From: Candidatus Cloacimonadales bacterium
GTDB taxonomy: Bacteria > Cloacimonadota > Cloacimonadia > Cloacimonadales > JAFGVF01
Reading direction: 5' to 3'
Assembly: GCA_963678315.1 (NCBI GenBank)
Contig: OY782781.1
Span: 96,001 to 160,000 of the forward strand
DNA: 64,000 nt
Shown: positions 1 through 8,934 of the stretch, piece by piece
Numbering within the stretch: the stretch's first letter is position 1
How the letters are laid out: every line of letters starts with the position of its first letter
The notes under the pieces: model-generated
Seen by the model: only the letters and a program-made list of their open reading frames with translations
Database searches by the model: none
Told to the model about the DNA's origin: nothing
Translations under genes and position numbers: made by a program

Positions 1-3000
1 AAATTTATATGCTTCAAGTAAAGAAATTATAGCTTTTTTAGAGAGGTCTGCACTATATATACCTTTGCTCTTTGCCCATTGTTGAACTTGAGCATTAGGG
101 GAAATTAGTCCATAAATATGATAGTTGTTTCTTAGTAATTCTTCAGCACAGAGAATACCTAATGATGTTTCAGTTATGATAAAGCAAGTTCTTGTATTTT
201 GAAAACTTCTCTCACTAGGTAAGTTATCAGCATAAGTACAGAATAAATCCTTTATTTCTAGCGCTTGTTCTTTATTATATATATCTGGATTATATTCTAG
301 CCAGCATTCTAAACCAGAGGTAACTTCTTCTATATTTAATGTAATGTCTGATTTAGAGGAATCAGAACCTATCTCTCTTTGATTCTTAATAACTGGATTA
401 TCTCCATCAGAATGCCAATTTTGTAGTACAAGAATTGCTTGGAATAGCTGTGTTCTTGAAACATCATGAGGAAGATTAAGAGATTGCACCACTTTACCAA
501 ACGATAAATCACTATGCCCTAGGGCATCTATGAAGTTTCTATTTACTTGCTTGAGATTATCTAAAAAGCTCCCATCAGTTAATCTAGTCCTAATCGCTAT
601 CATGTTTGTGTAATAGCCAATCATTTGCTCTTCGGAACTATTCTTTCTATGTGCAAATGGAGAGCCGACTACAATATCATTGCTATGTGATAATTCAGCA
701 AGAACGTACTTGTATATAGTTAGAAGCAATGCACCAAATGTTACAGAGTTTTCCTTAGCATAATCTTTTAGTTTTTGAGATGTCTTATTGTCTAGGTTAA
801 ACCACTCTCTTTTTCCTTTATAAGTAAGTAATTGAGGCCTATCATAGCAATCAAATAGATGTAAATTAGGTCCTAGCACTTCAAATCTATCTTTCCAAAA
901 TTCCTTCTCGCTTCTTTCCAAGTCTTCAGCTAGTTTATAAGAATTCACATAATCTATGTTCTGGAATAGATTGCTTGAATCAGACGCAGTATTTGTATCT
1001 AATTGCTTATAAGCTTTCTCTATTTCTTCAAGAAGAACTTTCATTGACCAGCCATCAAAGATAATATGATGAATAACCATTATCAAGAACTTCTTATTTC
1101 CAAGTCTAATAAATTGTAGTTTATACAATGGATAATTAGAGACATCAATCTTAATGTCCTGAATCTCGATAATCTTCTTATGATATTCTTGATAATCTGC
1201 TACATCAATCACTTCTATGGATAGTTTCTTATGAGCAAGAAGCTTTTGATAAAACTTACCCCCATCTTCAATAAATACAGATGAAAATGCTTCATACTTT
1301 TGGAATATATTATTAAAGATATGCTGAGCAAGGTCAAATTCTATACCACTATTGAGTTCAAACTCCACAACAATATTATGGCTTTTCTTAGAGCTATCCA
1401 ATTTGTCTAAAATAAGTAGTTCATTTTGTGTATCTGAGAGAGGATAAAGATCTCTATTTCTGGGAATAAGAATATTTATTTCTTCTTTGCCCTCTATTCT
1501 ATCAGCTATAAGTGATTGTTGTTCTATAGTCGGATGCTTCATGAATTGTGGCAATGAAATCTTGTAGCCTATTTTGTTGAGTTGATTAACAACTTGTGCT
1601 GCTTTTAGAGAATGTCCACCAATATAAAAAAAGTTATCTTCAATACTAATTGATTCTACTTTTAAGAAGAGCTTCCACACTTGTAATATCTCTTTTTGAG
1701 AATCAGTCTTAGGAGCAATTACCGCTCTTTCATTTATGGAAAAGTCTTCTTGTGCTAAAGCTGACCTATCAACCTTTTTATTATCTGTTAAAGGGAAAGC
1801 ATTCATTTCCTTGAAAAATAAAGGTACCATATATTCAGGAAGTTCTTTTTGACATCTTTCTAAGATCTTTTGAGAATTAATTTCTTTATTTTCCTCAGTT
1901 ATATAAAAACAGACTAAATACTTATCATTACCTTGACCTAAAGCTAAGACGATAGTTTGCTTAATGCCCGAAATCCTCAGGATTACATTCTCTATTTCAG
2001 TTAGCTCTATTCTCAAACCTCTAATCTTAACCTGGAAATCGATTCTATTGATAAATTCAATTCTTCCATCTGCTATTTCTCGAACTAAATCTCCAGTTCT
2101 GTATATTACTTCTTCCCCATAACTATGATTAATCTCAGAATCTCTTATAAAAGCTTTTTCTGTTTGCTCAGGTAACTTCCAATAGCCATTCCCTACACTA
2201 TCTCCAGCTATGTATAGTTCCCCTTCGTCTCCTTTAGCAACTTCTTTCTGCTGTTGATCTAAGATATAAAGTCTAGTGTTTATTGTTGCTTTACCAATTG
2301 TAATGGGGCCATCATATCCAAGAGGATAAGCATCAAGCACTGTAATACAAGCACATTCTGTAGGTCCATAAACATTAACAATCTGAGCAGGAAAATCTTT
2401 TGGGGGAAGTCTTTTAAGAGCATCGCCACCTAAGTGTAGATATTTAAGTTTGGCGTTTGGAGGAAACTTCTGATCAAACAACATCTCAGCTATAGGGGTC
2501 ACAAGAAGAGTCTCTCTAATCTCATTATCTACCAACCAGTCTCTTAATTTATCTGCTTGTAGTAATATCTCTTCAGGAGTAAAGAATAGACTTCCTCCTG
2601 AAAGCAAAGTATACCAAATTTCTGTAGTGGAAGCATCAAAACCCAGCCTTGCATTTTGAGTCATTCTAAAATTACCCATCATAGGTTTAAACTGTTGCTG
2701 GAAGTGTTTAACTAAATTATTGACACCACGATGATTTACCATTACCCCTTTGGGTTTACCAGTTGAACCAGATGTAAAAAGAATATATATATTTGCTAAA
2801 GGATTATCTTGAGATTTTTGTAGGTCTGTTGAGGATGATGCCTCTACTTGAGGAGAATCAATTTCAATAGAATCAACACTAAAATGTTTGGCAGCTTCCT
2901 TGAAGTCAGGTCCCTGCCCCAAGACAATTTGACTTTCTGTTTCTGCAATGATATAATTTAATCTATCAATTGGATAATCAGGATCTAGAGGCACATAAAA

Positions 3001-3228
3001 ACAGCCAAGTTTCAGTATAGCGATTATTGAGATAATGTAGTTACTATCTCTTCTAGCCCAAACAGTTATCGGAGTGCCTTCTTTAACACCCTTATCTTTC
3101 ATAAAGTGAGCCAACTGATTACTTAATTCATCAAGCTCCTTATATGTTAAACTTCTCTTGTTATCCTTTACTGCTAGTACTTGTGGGTACTGGCTAGCTA
3201 TCTTTTGAAATACCTCTGATATCATCAT
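1..3228 (-). CDS. Non-ribosomal peptide synthetase, A-PCP-C followed by a formyltransferase-like domain; 3' end runs off the window; absent from the ORF track
   Basis: Manual translation from ATG 3228: MMISEVFQKIASQYPQVLAVKD..LTYKELDELSNQLAH; A3 YILFTSGSTGKPKG (~2750-2790); FDASTTEIW; NVYGPTE; A10 PLTDNKKVDR (~1770); PCP DNFFYIGGHSL (Ser codon 1609-1611); C-domain HHIIFDG (1051-1071). Bases 1-300 translate without a stop in the same frame, and the track lists no closed ORF here. Confidence 0.95.
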   Translation of the reverse strand, partial: MMISEVFQKIASQYPQVLAVKDNKRSLTYKELDELSNQLAHFMKDKGVKEGTPITVWARRDSNYIISIIAILKLGCFYVPLDPDYPIDRLNYIIAETESQIVLGQGPDFKEAAKHFSVDSIEIDSPQVEASSSTDLQKSQDNPLANIYILFTSGSTGKPKGVMVNHRGVNNLVKHFQQQFKPMMGNFRMTQNARLGFDASTTEIWYTLLSGGSLFFTPEEILLQADKLRDWLVDNEIRETLLVTPIAEMLFDQKFPPNAKLKYLHLGGDALKRLPPKDFPAQIVNVYGPTECACITVLDAYPLGYDGPITIGKATINTRLYILDQQQKEVAKGDEGELYIAGDSVGNGYWKLPEQTEKAFIRDSEINHSYGEEVIYRTGDLVREIADGRIEFINRIDFQVKIRGLRIELTEIENVILRISGIKQTIVLALGQGNDKYLVCFYITEENKEINSQKILERCQKELPEYMVPLFFKEMNAFPLTDNKKVDRSALAQEDFSINERAVIAPKTDSQKEILQVWKLFLKVESISIEDNFFYIGGHSLKAAQVVNQLNKIGYKISLPQFMKHPTIEQQSLIADRIEGKEEINILIPRNRDLYPLSDTQNELLILDKLDSSKKSHNIVVEFELNSGIEFDLAQHIFNNIFQKYEAFSSVFIEDGGKFYQKLLAHKKLSIEVIDVADYQEYHKKIIEIQDIKIDVSNYPLYKLQFIRLGNKKFLIMVIHHIIFDGWSMKVLLEEIEKAYKQLDTNTASDSSNLFQNIDYVNSYKLAEDLERSEKEFWKDRFEVLGPNLHLFDCYDRPQLLTYKGKREWFNLDNKTSQKLKDYAKENSVTFGALLLTIYKYVLAELSHSNDIVVGSPFAHRKNSSEEQMIGYYTNMIAIRTRLTDGSFLDNLKQVNRNFIDALGHSDLSFGKVVQSLNLPHDVSRTQLFQAILVLQNWHSDGDNPVIKNQREIGSDSSKSDITLNIEEVTSGLECWLEYNPDIYNKEQALEIKDLFCTYADNLPSERSFQNTRTCFIITETSLGILCAEELLRNNYHIYGLISPNAQVQQWAKSKGIYSADLSKKAIISLLEAYKF

Positions 3229-3264
3229 ATAGTAATCCCTATTTCCATATTTAGCGTTATTTTA

Positions 3265-3294
3265 TAAATAGCTTAAGAAATGTTTAAGTGTCAA
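3265..3294 (-). promoter_or_regulatory. Possible sigma-70 promoter of the NRPS
   Basis: Minus strand TTGACA-N18-TATTTA, about 40 nt upstream of the ATG. Confidence 0.35.
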
Positions 3295-3421
3295 CACTTT
3301 TTTACATTATTAGCTCTAGTCTCCTTCATTAAATTAGCTTTTAATGCGTGGGCTAGCAATTTTCAAGTGGAATGACTAATCATATCTTGACTCTTTAAAT
3401 AAATTAATCAGACTAGTCAAT

Positions 3422-4237
3422 ATGAAAATATATCACGTAAATTCATTTATTGGTAAAGGATTTAATGGAAATCCTGCTGGTCTTGTAATCATGAATCAAA
3501 ATCTTGATTATATTGAAATGCTTGCAATAGCTAAAGAAGTTGGCTATTCAGAAACAGCATTTCTTTTACAAGAAGAAAATAACAGGAATTATTTGAGATG
3601 GTTCACTCCTCAAACAGAAGTAGGATTATGTGGTCATGCTACTTTAGCAACTGCTCATGTCTTTTTTCAAGAAAACAAATCTGATAAAGTTGAGTTTGAA
3701 ACAAAATACGGAGTTATAGAATGTTCTAGAATCAATGATTCTATATCCATGAACTTTGCTTCAGATAGAATAATTACTTGTTGCAAAGATTTTGATTTAT
3801 CCCCTCTTAAAATTCATAAAGCAGATATTGTAGATGTATTCTGGGCTGAAAAGAATTGTTATTTAAATGTCGTTGTAAATCCAGAATATAACATAAGAAA
3901 GATTGAACCTCTTGCAGATAAATTATTAGAGCTTTCACAATATTTTCCTTCTATAAGTGGCTTGATGATTTCCCAGCAAGCGGAAGATAGTGATGGTCAA
4001 AAATGTGTTAACAGTCGTTTCTTTGATCCTTGGGAAGGAATCTTAGAAGATCCAGTAACAGGTTCAGCTCATGTAGCCATGGCTAACTATTGGTTTGAGA
4101 AGTTAACTTGTAATAGATTTATTGGGAAACAACTTTCACCAAGAGGAGGAATTATGCAGGTTGTAAAAGCTATTGACAAAGTTGAATTAATAGGTAAAGC
4201 TGACATAAAGAAGATTGTTTTAAATCTGAAAAATTAA
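3422..4237 (+). CDS. PhzF-family isomerase/epimerase (DapF-like fold)
   Basis: GNPAG, GYSETAF, RWFTPQTEVGLCGHATLA and EDPVTGSAH motifs. Confidence 0.92.
   Translation: MKIYHVNSFIGKGFNGNPAGLVIMNQNLDYIEMLAIAKEVGYSETAFLLQEENNRNYLRWFTPQTEVGLCGHATLATAHVFFQENKSDKVEFETKYGVIECSRINDSISMNFASDRIITCCKDFDLSPLKIHKADIVDVFWAEKNCYLNVVVNPEYNIRKIEPLADKLLELSQYFPSISGLMISQQAEDSDGQKCVNSRFFDPWEGILEDPVTGSAHVAMANYWFEKLTCNRFIGKQLSPRGGIMQVVKAIDKVELIGKADIKKIVLNLKN
4154..4210 (+). repeat. 57-bp direct repeat, copy 1 (3' end of the PhzF-family gene)
   Basis: atgcaggttgtaaaagctattgacaaagttgaattaataggtaaagctgacataaag; 56/57 identical to 5750-5806. Confidence 0.97.
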
Positions 4238-4265
4238 CATAAGATTATAATTAAAAGGTTAAGAA

Positions 4266-5693
4266 ATGAGTAATTTAGAGGCAATTATATCTAATGGTCT
4301 AGAGGGCAAAAGAATTGAGTTCAAAGAAAAATTCCCAACTGACAATAAAATAGCAAAAACAGCCATAGCATTTAGCAATGGTGTTGGAGGTAAAATCATT
4401 GTTGGAGTTAATGACTTATCAAAAGAAATAGTCGGTATTGCTGATAAAGAGATTTTTAAATTAGAAGAGAAAATTTCTCAATCAATCTTTGATAACTGCT
4501 ATCCTACAATAAGTCCCGAAATAACAATACATTCAATCAATAATAAAAATCTATTAGCAGTTACAATTTATCCAGGTAGTGATCTACCTTACTTTCTTAA
4601 ATCAAAAGGAAAACAAAATGGAACTTATATAAGAGTGGGCTCATCCAATCGTGTTGCTACAATTGAAATTATAAATCAATTAGAAAGACAAAAACGCAAT
4701 ATATCCTTTGATTCTCTTCCAATATTTGGTTTTAATGAAGATTTACCTCCTTTAAATGGATTTGTAAAGTTTTATAAAGATAAAGCAAAAAGAGACCTTT
4801 CTCAAGGCGATTTCAAATCAATGGAATTACTTAAAGAAGAGCCTGGAGAACTTTACCCTACCAATGCTATGCTTTTGTTAGCAGAAAAAGAAGTCAGAAA
4901 AGCTTATTTCCCTTATGCTCAAATTGAATGTGCCAGATTCAAAGGGACAACTACTTCTGAGATTATTGATCAAATTTCATGTGAATCACCTATAATACTT
5001 CAAGCAGAAGAGGCAATAAAATTTATCAAAAGAAACATTGCTAAGCAATCAACGATAGGTGAGATTTATCGATCAGATAAATGGGAGTACCCAATTGAGG
5101 CAATCAGAGAAGCAGTTATAAATGCTGTTATTCACAGAGATTATTCTATAACTGGAAGCGATATCAAAATAGCAATCTATGATGATATGCTTGAAATTAC
5201 TAGTCCAGGTTCATTAATGCCTTCTTTTGACCTAAACAATATATCAAATAATCCATCTGAAATCAGAAATAAAGTTTTAGCACCAATATTCAAAGAATGT
5301 AATCTCATTGAAAAATGGGGATCAGGATTTAAAAAAATACTTGAGCAAATGGATAAATACCCTGAACTTGAGTTAAGAATTTCTGAGCCTTCTAACACAA
5401 CACAAATTCAGTTTGTTAAAAAGAGCTTTTTGGAAGAGTCGAGAACCTTCCCAATAAATAATTTGGCGGATGAAACAGACAATATGGCGGATATAATGAC
5501 GGATAAGACAAATGATTTGGCGGATAAAATATTATTCGTTATTGCACAAGATAATTACATTACCATACAGAGTATTGCTGATAAAGTTGCTTCTTCAAAG
5601 AGAACAATAGAACGTTATATTAAGAAAATGCAAGAAAGCAATACTTTAACAAGGATAGGACCCAAAAAAGGTGGATATTGGAAAATCAATTAA
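4266..5693 (+). CDS. AlbA_2/Schlafen-domain protein with RecG-C (HATPase_c_4) domain and C-terminal HTH
   Basis: EGKRIEFKE..AFSNGVGGKIIVGVND; YPIEAIREAVINAVIHRDY; EITSPG; C-terminal HTH ending RIGPKKGGYW. Confidence 0.9.
   Translation: MSNLEAIISNGLEGKRIEFKEKFPTDNKIAKTAIAFSNGVGGKIIVGVNDLSKEIVGIADKEIFKLEEKISQSIFDNCYPTISPEITIHSINNKNLLAVTIYPGSDLPYFLKSKGKQNGTYIRVGSSNRVATIEIINQLERQKRNISFDSLPIFGFNEDLPPLNGFVKFYKDKAKRDLSQGDFKSMELLKEEPGELYPTNAMLLLAEKEVRKAYFPYAQIECARFKGTTTSEIIDQISCESPIILQAEEAIKFIKRNIAKQSTIGEIYRSDKWEYPIEAIREAVINAVIHRDYSITGSDIKIAIYDDMLEITSPGSLMPSFDLNNISNNPSEIRNKVLAPIFKECNLIEKWGSGFKKILEQMDKYPELELRISEPSNTTQIQFVKKSFLEESRTFPINNLADETDNMADIMTDKTNDLADKILFVIAQDNYITIQSIADKVASSKRTIERYIKKMQESNTLTRIGPKKGGYWKIN
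5460..5530 (+). repeat. Imperfect coding tandem repeat in the linker before the HTH
   Basis: Recurrent (a/t)tggcggat and atgacggat units encoding NLADETDNMADIMTDKTNDLADK. Confidence 0.6.
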
Positions 5694-5749
5694 CTGAAGT
5701 CTATACAAAACAAATTATATCACCAGAAGAAATTAAATTTTTTAGTTTA

Positions 5750-5806
5750 ATGCAGGTCGTAAAAGCTATTGACAAAGTTGAATTAATAGGTAAAGCTGAC
5801 ATAAAG
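5750..5806 (+). repeat. 57-bp direct repeat, copy 2 (displaced PhzF 3' end upstream of mlaD)
   Basis: Matches 4154-4210; reads in frame MQVVKAIDKVELIGKADIKLFNKI-stop (TAA 5822-5824), 10 nt before the mlaD ATG. Confidence 0.97.
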
Positions 5807-5834
5807 TTATTTAACAAGATTTAAGTAGGTAAAA

Positions 5835-6791
5835 ATGGCAACAAAAGCTCAAAAATTTAGATTAGGTGTTTTTTTGACTTCTGGCGTATTAATTATCTTA
5901 GTATCACTAGTTGTGATTGCTGGAGGTAAGTTATCTCAAAAAAGAGATACTTATTATATCAAGTTCCAAGATGAATCCATTAGTGGATTAGATGTTGGCG
6001 GTAAAGTAAATTATCACGGTATATCTGTAGGAAGAGTAGAAGATATAAAAATATCTGAAAAAGATGTCACTTCCATTGTTGTTACAATCAGTGTAGATGG
6101 AGGAACCCCAATCAAGAATGATGTTTCTGCAGTTCTATCACCTGTAGGAATTACAGGGTTGAATGCTATTGAGCTTAAAGGTGGTTCGAATGAATCAGAT
6201 TTAATGCCTGTAGAATCTTATATCCGAGTAGAGCAATCAGCTTTAGGATCTATTACCAACAAAGCTGTTTCAATAACTGAGCAATTAGATCTACTAATTA
6301 AAAGTTTAAATAAGCTAGCTGATTCTAATAATATTGACAATATTTCATCGATAATTCAGAATTTAGATGATATACTAACTGAAAATAGGTCTTCTTTAGA
6401 AGGGACAATGCAAAACTTAGAAGCTATTTCAGGTGATGTTTCAAGATTCACGAATGTACTTGATGCTAAAATTGATACTTTGGCTTCTGCAACAACCCAA
6501 ACTTTGAATTCAATAAATGCTATTTTAGCTAACGAATCAATTGGAAATATAATGGCCAATGTAGATTCTTTATCTGCTGATTTAGCTAATGCAGACCTAG
6601 ATGTTCTAATCCAAAGTTTAAACAGCTCTGTTATCAGATTAGAAGCCACACTTAACACAATTGATAATACAGTGGTTAGATCTAGAAGAGATTGGTTTGA
6701 CATACTTGATAATGCTCGTGAAACCATGGAGAACCTTAGCGAATTCTCTAAACAAATTAATGATTCACCAGCTGCTTTACTAAAAAATTAA
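5835..6791 (+). CDS. mlaD: MCE/MlaD-family protein with long C-terminal helical region
   Basis: N-terminal TM (RLGVF), SISGLDVGGKVNYHGISVGRVEDI, GITGLNAIELKGG, heptad-rich tail. Confidence 0.92.
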   Translation: MATKAQKFRLGVFLTSGVLIILVSLVVIAGGKLSQKRDTYYIKFQDESISGLDVGGKVNYHGISVGRVEDIKISEKDVTSIVVTISVDGGTPIKNDVSAVLSPVGITGLNAIELKGGSNESDLMPVESYIRVEQSALGSITNKAVSITEQLDLLIKSLNKLADSNNIDNISSIIQNLDDILTENRSSLEGTMQNLEAISGDVSRFTNVLDAKIDTLASATTQTLNSINAILANESIGNIMANVDSLSADLANADLDVLIQSLNSSVIRLEATLNTIDNTVVRSRRDWFDILDNARETMENLSEFSKQINDSPAALLKN

Positions 6792-6806
6792 TTACTTGGA
6801 GAATAG

Positions 6807-8930
6807 ATGAAGAAAATCATTATATTATTTGTTATACTAATAGCATTAATTCTTACTGCTTGTACAGGACAAAAAGATAGACTTGTAGCAAATTACTATA
6901 TATTAAATTACATTCCTCACCTAGATGATACTTCTCTAGTTAAAGAGGAAGCTTATAAATTAAATGTTCAAATGACAGAAACTCAACTTCCTAGAACTTA
7001 TGAGAAGAATAAAATAGTTTCAAAAAATTCAATAAATACCATAACTTATCTAGAAAATCATGTTTGGGCTGATAAATTATATAATCTGGTTCCTCAACTG
7101 TTAACCCAAAAAACCGCAAGATACAACTTCTTTGAAACAGTTCAAAGTGATTTTTCTTCTACTATTCCTGATTACTATATAGATACTTTCATTTCTAATA
7201 TCGAACAAGTAGAGACTGACTCATACCCTCTAGCTCATGTTAAGATGGACATGTATCTTCGTAATTCTAAACAACAGGTAATAGTAGTTCATAGATTTAA
7301 TAAAGAAGTCATAGTTAATGATTATAGTATCAATTCTGTAGTTCAACAAATGAATGAAATTATACTGCTTGAATATGATAATTTCTTGAGAAAGATTGAT
7401 GATTACTTCATTAATGGTGTAGAATCTAAGACCTCTATCCCAAGTTTAGCTACTGAAGTCGAAATTTATAATGATAAACTTATTCCTTTAGACTATAATG
7501 ATTCTAAAAGAGGTGAATTAGTTGTTCCAAATCTATCCAAACAAGATAATGCTCCAAAAGTAAGAGTAATGGGTATCGATAACAATCTGGATAAAGAAAT
7601 TGTTATGGGAGATATTGTATCTCTTCCTATCGGAGAATATACTCTTTATGCAGGACAACAAGGTGATATCAACATCATTAAGAATATTAAGATTCAACCA
7701 AATTACAGAACTCATGTAATAGCGAATTGGGGTTCATTAGTGGTCAATATCATTGATCAAACCAAATCAAAAGTTCGTATGCAATACACAATCTTTACAG
7801 CCGAAGATAATAAAGAGATAGCTTCTAACTTCTCTGTTACAGATGATGCTGGTGATGATAACAAAGTATGGATTTTAGAACCAGGACGTTATTTCATTAC
7901 AGTAAACGGACAGCCATATTCATCCTATACAGACTTCTATACAATGGATGTTGTAGCTGGTCAACATTATAATCTATCTCTTGTAGTAGATGAAACAGGA
8001 ACAACCAGCAAATTAGTTGGTGCTGGTATTCACCCTCAAGAGAATGAAATATTAGCTGAAACTTATTACAGTTCACAGAATGCTTTCCACTTAAACTTTA
8101 ATGTTTCAACTAACAACTCTAATTCTGAAAAAGATTTTGATGATTCAATAACTCTTTCAAGTCAGTTTGATAAGAAAATGCGATATGAACGAAACAGAAT
8201 AGATTACGAAGGAAGAATAAACTGGGAAATGGGATTTAGTAAAGCTTCTGAACAAGATTTGCAAATATCTAATGATAACTTCTCTTTTACCAACACCCTA
8301 ATCTATAATATTTATAAGAAATCATTAGGTTTTTATGGTAGATATGACGTTGATTCTCACTTCTTCCCTCAATACAACTATTTCAGTAATAATAAGAATA
8401 TTCAAATCCTCGATACAGACAAAGAGACTGTTCTACAAACCTTGATGGATAAAGAGAAAATAAAGACTCAAGAGTCATTATTCCCATTAGGTATGAAAGA
8501 AGGAATCGGCCTAAACTATCGCTTCACTCAAAGTGAATATGGTTCTATTAATCTCAGAGCTGGCTTAGGATGGCAACAAGACTATTATGATGATTATTTG
8601 GTTTTAGAAGCTGCTGATGTTGAAATAGAAGGTGTTTCTTATGATCAATATAGAGAAGTTAATGATTTAAGTAAAAAAGGACTTGAAACTTCCCTTATTA
8701 CAAATATTAAAATCCCGAAGCTAAGAGTTAGCTGGTCATCGACTGCTGATTTATTGATTCCATTAGAGAAAGACTCAGACTTTGTTTTTGATTTTGACAA
8801 CATCTTTAATATTAAGCTAGTTAGCAATGTTTCATGGGATGTTAGATTTAATCTAAGCTATGATACAGCGATTAAGGATTATATGGTTCTTACATCAAGT
8901 TCATTCATAAGACTTTCTTATTTCTTCTAA
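6807..8930 (+). CDS. Lipoprotein: ABC-transport auxiliary (PqiC-like) domain, Ig-like linker domains and C-terminal outer-membrane beta-barrel (DUF3078-like)
   Basis: Lipobox LTAC (Cys19); YYIL..HVWADK PqiC-like segment (aa ~20-200); LPIGEYTL and LEPGRYFI beta-sandwich motifs; amphipathic strands ending IRLSYFF. Confidence 0.75.
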   Translation: MKKIIILFVILIALILTACTGQKDRLVANYYILNYIPHLDDTSLVKEEAYKLNVQMTETQLPRTYEKNKIVSKNSINTITYLENHVWADKLYNLVPQLLTQKTARYNFFETVQSDFSSTIPDYYIDTFISNIEQVETDSYPLAHVKMDMYLRNSKQQVIVVHRFNKEVIVNDYSINSVVQQMNEIILLEYDNFLRKIDDYFINGVESKTSIPSLATEVEIYNDKLIPLDYNDSKRGELVVPNLSKQDNAPKVRVMGIDNNLDKEIVMGDIVSLPIGEYTLYAGQQGDINIIKNIKIQPNYRTHVIANWGSLVVNIIDQTKSKVRMQYTIFTAEDNKEIASNFSVTDDAGDDNKVWILEPGRYFITVNGQPYSSYTDFYTMDVVAGQHYNLSLVVDETGTTSKLVGAGIHPQENEILAETYYSSQNAFHLNFNVSTNNSNSEKDFDDSITLSSQFDKKMRYERNRIDYEGRINWEMGFSKASEQDLQISNDNFSFTNTLIYNIYKKSLGFYGRYDVDSHFFPQYNYFSNNKNIQILDTDKETVLQTLMDKEKIKTQESLFPLGMKEGIGLNYRFTQSEYGSINLRAGLGWQQDYYDDYLVLEAADVEIEGVSYDQYREVNDLSKKGLETSLITNIKIPKLRVSWSSTADLLIPLEKDSDFVFDFDNIFNIKLVSNVSWDVRFNLSYDTAIKDYMVLTSSSFIRLSYFF

Positions 8931-8934
8931 AATC

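Noticed and set aside
4266..5693. Annotation as a true RecG helicase or as the mobilising enzyme of the insertion
   Set aside because: No helicase motifs and no recombinase or transposase motifs are present; only AlbA_2, RecG-C-like and HTH domains.
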